Below, piece after piece: positions 11,644 through 21,908 of a stretch of DNA of 64,000 nucleotides. This DNA comes from Babesia bigemina (Eukaryota): the NCBI RefSeq assembly GCF_000981445.1, contig NC_027216.1, positions 744,001 to 808,000 of the forward strand. Direction: 5' to 3'. The position numbers were made by a program, and so were the translations under genes. The notes beneath the pieces were generated by a model. The model saw only the letters and a list, made by a program, of their open reading frames with translations, did no database searches and was not told the origin of the DNA. Within the stretch, counting starts at the first letter, position 1; every line of letters starts with the position of its first letter.

Positions 11644-14600
11644 TCACTTATACAGGATGTTGTGGGAGATCTTGACTGCGTTCAGGCCGGCAGACAGCTC
11701 TTTGTTGTACCCGAGCAAAATGTCAAGCAGGTGCGATTTCTCGGAGAGGTTCAGGAAGCGCGTGAGGTGGGACGACTGGTGCGACAGGATGCTCTCGATG
11801 CGCTGCGCCATGCCCTCCACCACAAACAGCTCGGTGGGCGTGAACTGGGCGATCAGCTCGCCCAGCAGGCAGTTGGCCATCCAGCTGGTGGAGCCCTTGG
11901 ACACCCACAGCTGAACGAAGTCGAACGCGATGGTCAGCATCTTCTTCCTGTCCTCCACCTTCTTGAGGTGCGCAACCCATGACCTGAAAAGATCGTCCTG
12001 CGGCATCTCCTTCTCAACGCGGAAGAGCTGGTTTGAAGCGCGCCGCTGCAAAATCTTGCTAGCCATTAAGGGCTTGCGCAGCTCCATGGCGAGGCACAGA
12101 GCTTCGCTGTACTTGCCGTCCGCAGCCAGGCACTCCACCTGGGTGCGCTTCAGCTCCTCCTCACGCTCGTCCATCAGCTTCTTCGCCTCCACCTCAGCCG
12201 ACACGTCGCGCCACCAGATTAGCACGCCGTTGCCCGAGATGGTCATCAGGTTGGAACCCGCAACCTCAACATTCCACACCTGCACCGATATGCCACAGAG
12301 ACGTCGATTATACCGCACCTTATCCGAGTGGTTGTCTGCCGTGAATATGCAATCCGACGTTTTGATGTTCCACACCTTCACCAGGCCGTCCATGCCGACC
12401 GACAGCAGCTGCAGGTCGTTCGGCAGCACCACGACGCGCATCACAGCCTTGGTGTGGCCCTGAATGCACATCGATAAGTTGCTCGTGGGGTGTTACCTGT
12501 AGCGTCTTGATGCAGCTGAAGTCGTTGAGGTTCCATATCTTAATGGTCAAGTCGATCGAGGCGCTGACGACGGTTTTGTTGACGGTAGTGAATGCCACCG
12601 ACAGCACCGATCGGCGGTGTCCCACGCATTCGCCCTTCACAATAAGGTTCTCTGCCGCGTATATCACCACGATCTTGTCACTGCCCGCCGAGGCGATCAC
12701 CTGCGATTTGTGGTCAGACACGATGTTGCGCCCACCTTCCTGTTGTGCGAAAAGGCAACTGCATTTATCGGCTTTTTGTGTTTCACCGCAGTGGCAGCCG
12801 CGTTGGCGATCGACAGGGGCTGCTTGGAGCACGCCGAGAGGACGGTGGACGCATCTGGAGCCGATAGGGCCCAGGACGTCGGCACATCGAAGGACTTCAT
12901 TACGTTGTTGCCCGTGGCTATCAGCCTGAAGGTGGTTGTGTCCGTGCTGATTCCGCTGGGCAGTGCGATACAGGCCACGTTCAGACCATCGAGGGGGATC
13001 GTGATGACCGCCGTGAGCGTCCTCAGGTCCCATATGAGCACGCGCTCGTCCTTGCCACCGGATGCCAAGATGTTGCCACTCTGCGAGTACGCTATCGACA
13101 GCACCGTGTCCATGTGACGGTGCTTTTCGTTGGCCAGCCCGAGGGTGACGCAGCTGCCCCAGCCGTCGAGCGCGAGCAGACGAATGGCGTCATCGCCGCA
13201 GAGGATGAAGACCACCGGCACGCACTTAGCGACTTGGCTGTTCAACCACTCGAGCGAGTGCAGCCAATCTTGCTGCGAGAACTGCAGATCCCGAGCACCT
13301 GCCCTGGTCTCGGCGCCAACCTTTCCCAATGCAGAGTGCACCTCATTTTTGGTGTCACCAGATTCCGCGGGGGAGTCCACGTCCATCGCATCCTTTGCGC
13401 TGCTGCCACGCGTGTCTGCATTTTTGTCGGCGGATTTCGACGCCTTCTTCTTGGAAGGTTTCTTCGTAGAGTCCGGGACGCTACCTTCGTTGCCGACGGC
13501 AGGCGCGTCGCTCCGCGTGGTGCCCTCTGCCTGCGGCCTTCTCAGCGCACGGGCGTCCACCGCAAGCGGCCCTTGGAACAAGTGGAACTGGAATGCGCCA
13601 TCTACGTTGCACAGCAGCTGGTGCTGGAGCTCCAGGTTGACGGAGTAGAACGCCAGAGTACCTGCGGATCCCAGCACCACTATATCGTTGGACGCTTTGC
13701 ACAGCGTGGCCGACCTCAGCTCGTCCCCTTGGCCGTACACGGCGGTTCTTTTCAGAAGCGCTTTCTCCGTTATGGGGTCTATGAGCCTCAGCACGCCGGA
13801 CTCGGTGGCTACGAAAAGCGCCCACGGCGCAGTACCCTTATTCTTCAGGCCCTGGTTGACAATCGATATCCCGATCACACTCTCGAATTGCATCAGACGC
13901 TTGAAGGGCTTCTTGACTAACACGTTGTGCGAGGCCACCGCGCCCTTGACGTCCTTTTTCTTCACGTCAAGGCTCCAGAAGCACACGTAGGAGTCCCGGG
14001 CGCACGACACGAACCCGGATTGCGCATCGTCCTCAGCAATGAGGAACGCGATGTCGTTCACCTCGCTCAGGTGGTCCTGGAACGTCGCAATCGGCGCCTT
14101 GTGTTTCAGGCAATACATCACGATGTCGCCATTTTGCGTCCCGGCGAGCAGCCGCAAGCCCTTCGGATAGAACCGCAGAACGCTGATGTGGCCCTGCTGG
14201 TGGTGGAACGCAGCGAAAGGCGCGCCTTCGTGGAACACGACGACTGCTCCGTCCACACTTCCACACGCGACGTAGGCGTCCGACGAGTCGAAGCAGATTT
14301 GGGTCACGTTACGGGTGTTGGTCTACAACGACATGAGCGGTGATTGGCTCCGAAACCGACCTTGAACTCGCGATTAATCTTGAGGGACACGGCAGATCCC
14401 TCATGAACAATGTCGTAGAGCGCCAGTATGCCGCTGCACAGGGCCACGGCGAGCGTGTCCTCCGCGTGGTTCACGGCATACGCCGCCAATCCACCCGCCG
14501 AGTAAACGCATTTCGACGAACGCGCAGTCTCGTTATAGAGATTCTCCTCGTTGGCGTCCAGCAGACACACCGCGGAGCGGTCCTCGACGGCCAGCCGCTG

Positions 14601-14828
14601 GAAGTAGTCCTGCGCCACCTCTCTGCCTTCGCCCTGAACGAAGTCCTCGCTCAGCAGCAGGTCCTCGGTCTTGTCGCTCCTCGGGCGCGGCAGCGCGAAC
14701 AGCGTGTCGCCATGCTGCGATATGATGAGCTGCCGCGACGGGAGAAGGCGGAAGCTGTCGCTTGCGAAACTGGTAAACCTGCGACTCTCCGACAGCGCGG
14801 TCACGAGGGACGACACATTGTAAGCCAT
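11644..14828 (-). CDS. UTP13: WD40-repeat SSU processome protein Utp13/TBL3-like; multi-exon
   Basis: Many WD40 repeats (GHRRSVLSVAF, GHTKAVMRV, HSDKV|WNV) followed by a Utp13-type C-terminal domain (WRDVSAE..., YSEALCLAMELRKP, W..S..ANCLL). Confidence 0.8.
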
Positions 14829-15028
14829 TAGCCGTCTATTAGCAGATACTGACTTGTGCGATATCGTGTGGAAATTTTAATGGTGGCGCTTCCGGCCGCG
14901 GCTGTTGGAAGTCGCCGCGCTGACGGCGCTACGCCGCCCGCGCTGGGCGGGTGGCAGCTCCTGTTGCTTTTGTCGATCGCAATTCCCGAAGATGTCTACC
15001 TGACGCAGTAGTAGCAACAATCGGCGCC

Positions 15029-16977
15029 ATGGACAGCGAGAAGCTGCTATTCTACGAGGCTCTGCTGCAGCAGCTCCACGACGATGAGTAGGTCTAGTCG
15101 ACTGGATTCACCGTTGCCCGTTGCTGGCAACGGGGCTGTAAATGGCTCATATGATAACGTGGTGACTGGTGGTGCCGAATACGGTCTTTGTGTTGCATTA
15201 GGGGCTGCCACGTCTCCAAAGTTGCCGATTACGCAGCGACGCCGCGCTCCGGCAGCGTGGTATCGGTCCTTTGGAGGCAGATGCGTAGCGTCACGGCGCA
15301 TTAATGTGTGTATCTAGCATATGTGTGTCTATTCCTGTTGGTGTCGGAGCTGTCTATGCGTCGGAAACGCCCGGGCTGGCACCGTCCATCAGCCACCTGA
15401 CTCTCGTTGCATTCTACCACGCGTATCTCCTGCTAACGATTGCGCAGCCTGGAGGACGCCGCCGCAAGCATAAAGCAGAAGCTGAAGATAGAGCCCAACG
15501 GGTTGCTGCGGAGGAACCACCTGTTCGACCTCTTCCGGAACAATGCCTACCTCTCCTCTCGGGTGGTGGCCGCCGCGGGCGGCAGCGACGTGCAGACGGC
15601 TGAAAATGCGTAGGTGGCGTTGGCCGTTGCTGTATCGGTTGGCAGGTACGAGCTGCGGCTCCAGGATGTTCTGGACGAGGCGCACCAGAGTAGCGCTCCG
15701 CAAGATAAGCCGTACAGGCTCACCGGGTTCGCGCCATTCTGCGACTTCCCCACGTATAGGGTAAGTTTGGGGCATCTCGGCGGCAATTCACGCGCAGCCT
15801 TGCCGATGCGTCGCAGAGTCACACGACGGCAGCCTCATGGCGACGGCTGGCGCGGGCGGGGCGCTGCACGTCATTCCGACCATGCCCGCCAACGGAGAGG
15901 CTATACGAAGGTTGGTGTCGCCGCTGTCGTGACATACAGCTCTCAGAAAACCCAATTGGCAGAACACCACCCGGCTACAGGGGCACCAGGAGCAGATCGA
16001 TGCAATTGACTTCCATCCCAGGCGGAACATAATCGCATCGGGTGGCGCGGGGTGCAATATCTTGATCCACGACGTCAGCATAGCGAACGGATTCGTTCAT
16101 TCAGTCACCGATATACGTGAGTCGCAAGTGACGTTGGACATGCTGTGCCAGAGAGGCTGAGTGACTCGTCGCAGATTCGTTGTCTGCGCTTCCATCCCTG
16201 CGGTGATTTCCTGGTTGTGGGCACCTCAAGCCCGGTGGTGCGCCTGTACGATATAACCACGCGAGCATGCTACACCTCCAACCAGTCGCGCCGGCAGCAC
16301 CAGGGCGGCAGCATCAACGGCTGCGACGTGCTGCATACGGGAGGCCTCATATTCACGGCGGGAGACGACGGATCTATATTGGTGGGTGGCTGTCAACGCA
16401 CGCTTCCACATTGCGCGCAGATGTGGGACGGGAAGAACCTCGACGTGCTACGCACCATGGAAGGCGTGCACGGCGGCAGCCCCGTGCTGTCGGTGCGCTG
16501 CGAAAAATACGGGCGCTACCTCACCTCCAGCGGGCAAGACGGAACCACGAAGGTCACAGATCTACGGATGATGCGAGAGGTAGTTTGATTGTTCGGTTCA
16601 TGCTGTCAAGTGGCTGCAGCTCACGTCGGTGGGCCGCGTCAGCCGCGGCGTTATGCGCGCATCCTCTGACTTCATGTTCAACTCACGATTTGTCACGACC
16701 TTTTCGGTCGTGCAGACAGGTGGGTTACGTAGGGTTAAACCTCAAAACGCACAGGCCGGCGTGTTACGAACGAGGTGTTGGTGTACTGCGTTGACACTGG
16801 ATCGCAGGAGGCGGATATCAGCAGCATCATGGGCCGGTGAGTCGGGCAAACGCGCCGTCAAACAGTCGCAGAGCTGCAGTTTTCGACGTCCTGGCGTCCA
16901 AGCACGATATGGCCTTGTACCTGCTGATCGACGATAGCAGCTGCAAGGTTATCAGTTTCTTCGAACCCCCGGCGTAG
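15029..16977 (+). CDS. CSTF1: Cleavage stimulation factor 50 kDa subunit (WD40); multi-exon, 360 nt intron 1 (15088-15447)
   Basis: N-terminal dimerisation-like motif LFYEALLQQLHDD|DLEDAA..L.....NHLFDL; IRCLRFHPCGDFLVVGTSSPVVRLYDI; WDG, HGG, YLTSSGQDG; stop TAG at 16975-16977. Confidence 0.78.
15111..15400 (+). ncRNA. Candidate structured intronic RNA in CstF-50 intron 1 (family unknown)
   Basis: Nested inverted repeats with G-U pairs on the + strand; box C-like ATGATAA at 15151 and box D CTGA at 15397 (see findings). Confidence 0.4.
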
Positions 16978-17103
16978 AGGCGGAGGTGATTAAAACGATC
17001 TTGAAAAACGCTCCGTCGGGTTAAATATTACGACAACATTTTATCCAGTAGCCGCAGGGACGCGGTCTTCGGGCCGCTGCGGAGCTCGAAAGCGGCTCAC
17101 AAC

Positions 17104-18075
17104 TCAAAACTCCACGTCGGACATATCGTCGGAGGGCATCGGCTCCCCCATGCGCTGCCTCGTCTGCCAGTTCCACGCCTCCGGGCCCTGGTGCATACGC
17201 TGCTGCTTGAGCCTGCGAAACTCAGGTGTGTTCTTGAGTTTCTCGACCATGAGCCTGGTGTAGAGCCCGCGGTTGGCGGCTCCCGCAGGCTGCATGTTGA
17301 CGCAGAAGTAGAGCATCTTGCGTTCCCTCAAATAGTCCGTGACGGCCCTCAAGAACCAGAGGCACACCGAGTACGCGACGGCCAGAGTTATGAGAGCCAC
17401 GAGCAGTTGCCAATTCTCGTTCTTGTTGTACGCCGCAACGAGTTCACGGAGGGGTTCCAGCTGCGGAGCGAAACGCGAGATTACGTGGCTGTAGCGCAAC
17501 AGCTCAGCACGGCAACGAGCGACGGCGATTGACACGTACTCGTTGCTCGTAAGCATGCGGCCCAGCATGAGCAAACACTCCTGGATGTCCTGGGTTATGG
17601 TCTTGACCGTGGCCGGCGAGGAGTAGCGCAGGCGCTCGCAGAACCATTGTAGACCAACTGCATAATCATGTTAGAGGGTAATAATAGTGTTTAAAGGCTC
17701 GGGTGTAACACGCAATGCGCAATAGCGGCGACGGAGGCGAGTGGCATACCAGCGCCCACAGCAACCAAAAAAAACGCTGAGACGGTCACAATAACGCACA
17801 GTTACGGCACTTAAGGCATCCTTCCACCCATACACACACATCACAACACATAGTATCACGTAGGCGCGATGAATACCAAGATGTGTAGCCACCTTCGTCA
17901 CCGGCTTGCTGCGGAGAGCGATAACGACGACCCACCTATTAAAGCCGACATGTAGAACAGCAAATGGCAGATGCTGCTGAAAAAACACTCAGCATCGCAT
18001 TCGTGGACGTAAAACTGCTGGTACCAGTCCGAGTGCCCGGAGGTTGCGCGCTCCTTGTTCGCCTCTTGATTCATC
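17104..18075 (-). CDS. Hypothetical membrane protein; multi-exon, 5' part uncertain
   Basis: Long last exon ~17660-17104 with a TM helix (WQLLVALITLAVAYSVCLWFL) and GC3-biased codons; upstream exon fragments ~17875-18075 joined by plausible GT-AG sites. Confidence 0.55.
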
Positions 18076-18188
18076 TCGGCGCACATAGGTTCCTCTTCGC
18101 ACCACGCGATATGCTCCAACCACAGCGATTTGCTATTTTTGCTCGAAGTTGCGGAAAAACGAATTGTCACGGCGAATCTCGCATCCTC

Positions 18189-19424
18189 ATGCTGTACGCC
18201 GGTGCCGAGGGGCAACGTGGTAAGGTTGTGCTGCCGCGCCTTGGGGTGCTGGCGCGGTGTCTTCGTAGTCAATTGAGTGTTGCACCTTCGACTGCGTGCC
18301 TCTGAGGCGCCGGGTGACGGCCTGCAACGGCCGTCACGGCGCCCGGCACTCTCTTTGGCGTTCCACGTCGTGGCCTTCGTCTATGCGCTAATGCTTCCCA
18401 GGCTAGTCAAAACACGTCGCTGCTGCTGCAGTGAACTGCACCATTATTGGGAAGGTGACAAACGCCTAATCTGGACTTTTGGATACAATGTTTCTATCAA
18501 GGACACCGTTGACCTTCGCCGTGGCGGCGGCTGCGTTCTTAGGCGCCTCGCTCGTTGAAGCAACCACAACCACAGATGAAGCAACCACGCCGTTATGTAG
18601 GTTTGGCGTTGCTAAGGAGGCATGCGAGTGCAGATGTATGCAATGACCCCAACGATTCCCTGTGCCTATTCTGCCGCCGATACGCAAAGGCGCCTCATGA
18701 GGCGGAACCGTTCCCCAGCACGTTTGAGCTGAAGTCGCGCCTGGTGGATCACCTCAAAGCGAAGGTAGGTGAGATTCCACGCTCGTTCACCGTCGTCAGT
18801 TGAAGGCCGTTGGGGCGACCGTGATGGAGGAGGTGTCTAGAGGCACGGGCGTCGCAAGCGCTCAGATGGAGAAGATATGCGACGGAGTGTCGTTCATCGC
18901 ACACTACGTTATCGCCCTGGATGTCACTAGGTGCGTTAGGTAGCAGACGGCGAGAGTTGACTGTGATGCAGCGCGTCTCCACTGTCCAAGGCCGTCAGAA
19001 GGTACATGCACTGCCTCCATCAGGGTGCATCGAGGCACGTTAAAGGTAGCTTTAGGTGCCACTGATACATCTGAACAACCGCTCAGAGTTCCACAATATA
19101 GTTACGAAGGAAAACGTCACAAACCTGAAGGCCGTGCAGGCGAAGCTCCGAAGAAAGCTCCTGGCGGTGGAGTCCATCACCACCGTTGACCTCGGCGACG
19201 TAATGGGCTCAAGAAGATGCCACGACCTGCTCTCGCAGATGGAATCCTGCTGCGCTACCTACGTCTTGCGGCAGGGCGACATCGACGTGAGCCAGCAAGG
19301 ACGGACAGACACGATACGGAGCCCGTATACGTGCTCGAGGCTAGAAGTGGCATTCAGTGTGACTTCGAATGCCGCAGCACATATTCGGGAACAGCGCAGA
19401 GCGCTCTGCAGCAGATTGCCGTGA
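18189..19424 (+). CDS. Hypothetical multi-exon protein
   Basis: Chain of short coding-like segments separated by GTAAGG/GTAGGT donors, plus ORF 19056-19424; no family recognised. Confidence 0.45.
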
Positions 19425-19509
19425 CGCGGCACGCACACATGGAACGAGCCGCGGTGCACCACGCTCGCGACGAATGCCGCCGACCGTGCTAGAAATATGC
19501 GTATAAAGA

Positions 19510-20815
19510 ATGAATGAGCAAAGTGAGACGTCCACCAAGAGCCGGCGGCCGTCGCTGGAGTGGTGTCTATCGCATGGCTACTCGATTCCGGACTACCTGC
19601 TCCGACGGAACATACGGTGTCCCTTCAAGCTGGGCAAGCGATTCAAAGGATCTCACGGATTAATAAACTACAGAAAAGTAGGAAATGGCCAGCACGTGGT
19701 ACGTCACCATACCAACAGCCGCATACACATCAGGTACTGACGTTCCACGGCCTCAACGCGTCACATTCGGCGTTCGACAACTATTGCGACGTGCTGAAGT
19801 CATGCGACTTCACTGTGGTCACATTCGGTGGGTTCTGTGGCCGTGCAAGTAACCTACCCCAGACCTCTACGGGCATGGACTTAGTGACATTCCACCATAC
19901 GAGGTATTCGGACGGCAGTACTCGCTCGACTTCTTCGTCGACCAGGCGCTGGAGGTGCTGGCGCACCTCCACCTGGAGGATCGGAAGCTCTCGATCATGG
20001 GCATCTCCATGGGCTGCTGCGTCGCCGCCGCATTCTGCGACCGCTACCCCGACCTCGTCGAGAAGATGGTGCTGATATCGCCGGCCGGGCTCATTCCACG
20101 CTGCCCGTTCAGCGCTCGTCTGGTAAAGATGTTCCATTGCTGCATACCGTGCATTCCGCGCTGCATTCGTCAAAGAACCATCATGAAAGGTACTTTGCAA
20201 CAGGAACTGGACGACTTCACGAACGACGCACTTTGGCGCATTTTGGTGACCCCAAATTCAACAGCCTGCATGCTGGGCATCGTAAAACGCGTGCCGCTCT
20301 GGAGCGGGTCGCAACTCTATCGACGGGTTGGCGCCATGGGAAAGCCGACGCTCGTCATTTTCGGCGAGAAGGACGACGTCACGCCGCCCACGTGCGCCGA
20401 CAAGTTCCGGAAGTATTTCCACAACTCGCAGGTCATCATCTTCCCGGGGGTCGGACACCAGGCGGCGTACGTGATTCCAACGGCCATAGCAAGCACGTGC
20501 CTGGCCTTCCTCCAGCTGCCGTCCAACAGCAATGTGGCGCGCTACTCAAGGTGGCTGCCGTTCTCCGAAGACGGCGCCTACATCCGGGAGAATGAGCGGC
20601 GGATCGGCCGTGACGCGGACAGATCTCAGGAATACGTCTGCGAGGAGCAGCTCGGCGACATGGAGAGTGACAGCACAGAGGTAAGTTCACAAAGGATGGC
20701 GTACTGCACGCCCTTGCTAAAGCAGTGCGCGTGGTCATGGAAGCTGACCACGCCACTCACGCTGGTGGTCGTGCGCGAATACGAGAACAGTAGCAATGAT
20801 ACCGCTTTATTTTAG
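19510..20815 (+). CDS. Alpha/beta-fold hydrolase; multi-exon
   Basis: VLTFHGLN, DLYGHGLSD, nucleophile elbow GISMG, IFGEKDDVTP (Asp), GVGHQ (His). Confidence 0.88.
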
Positions 20816-21416
20816 CGTGACGGTCAGGACGGTAGCGTTTTGTCTGGTGCAGCAGCGCAACAAGACGGTCAAGGTTTCCGCCTACCGGCGTCCGGCACGA
20901 GCGTCGCCGACGGGGCAGGCGCGCAAGGCACACATCGGCGTGAAGCGGCTCTCGGCGGAGTATGTGTCGCCAGGCGACGTACTGGTCAAGCAGCGCAAAA
21001 CCATCGCGCAGAATCCAGATGTAACGCGCAACAGGCACTTCAAGATCTACCCGGGCGAGAACGTCGGCGTATCTTCCAAGACGACAACGCTGTTCGCACT
21101 TGCAGCGGGGCGCGTGAAGTACACGCACGACGTGTGCCGCAACGTCAAGCTCGTAAACGTGCTCCCGGAGCCGCCGGACGAGCTGCTGCGCGACGATTTG
21201 TGGCGCTACCGCACGGAGCACGTGTCTAGCGTACAGGACAACTGCGCGCTGGTCTGGCGCCGCGTGAAGAGCGCCCACTACATGCTAGACGCGGACAAGC
21301 TGCTCAACCCGCCGCGCAAGCCGCCGCCGAGGGCGCAGTTCCTCTCACGCAACGACCCCTGGAACAACCAGGCATACCCCGACCTGCCCATCAACTACAG
21401 GTTCCCGCCGAAATGA
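20796..21416 (+). CDS. RPL27: Organellar (probably mitochondrial) ribosomal protein bL27
   Basis: IGVKRLSAEYVSPGDVLVKQR...IYPGENVGVSSKTTTLFALAAGRVKY. Confidence 0.85.
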   Translation: MIPLYFSVTVRTVAFCLVQQRNKTVKVSAYRRPARASPTGQARKAHIGVKRLSAEYVSPGDVLVKQRKTIAQNPDVTRNRHFKIYPGENVGVSSKTTTLFALAAGRVKYTHDVCRNVKLVNVLPEPPDELLRDDLWRYRTEHVSSVQDNCALVWRRVKSAHYMLDADKLLNPPRKPPPRAQFLSRNDPWNNQAYPDLPINYRFPPK

Positions 21417-21908
21417 GGCAGTTACCTGCGCAGTGTTCGGTCTGTAAAACACGTAGTAATCATTATGCACATGTGCTTTAGTGGTTGTGTGTTTGACGTG
21501 CGTGGCAGGGGAGCTGCGTGATCTGGGTGAGGCATGGCGTTGCCATCACTGGCCTTGGAGGTGGCGAGTTGCCGAACCACGGGCAGTCTCATCGTTGTGA
21601 TGCGGTCACATTTGCCGCAAAGGGTGCTTTTTTTATCAAGCTATGAGGGTTGTACGCCGGGCGCATGCGAAGGCACCAACCGCAGAGGCGACCTATGACT
21701 GACAGAGCAGTCAGGCACACAAGTTAGTAGACACGAAGACGCATTAAAACAATTGATCTGCATTACGAATTTCATGCGATCAGGTAGGCATCAGCGCATA
21801 GGCTGCCGCTGCCCTCACTGCGGCTTAAGGAACAGGCCGATGCGGACGCTAGCTATTGCCGACCTGTTGCGCAAGAGCCGGCAGTGTACACACACGAGGC
21901 ACGCCACA

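Noticed and set aside
15134..15149. GGCTGTAAATGGCT resembles the 5' Alu motif of fungal-type SRP RNA
   Set aside because: No SRP helix-8 signature (AGG-GNRA-AGCAG) found downstream, and the location is a Pol II intron; kept only as part of the unnamed structured RNA
21420..21850. Small hairpins followed by a T7 run (possible Pol III RNA or SECIS)
   Set aside because: No A/B boxes or SECIS core recognised, and no in-frame UGA in the neighbours; best explained as convergent 3' UTRs
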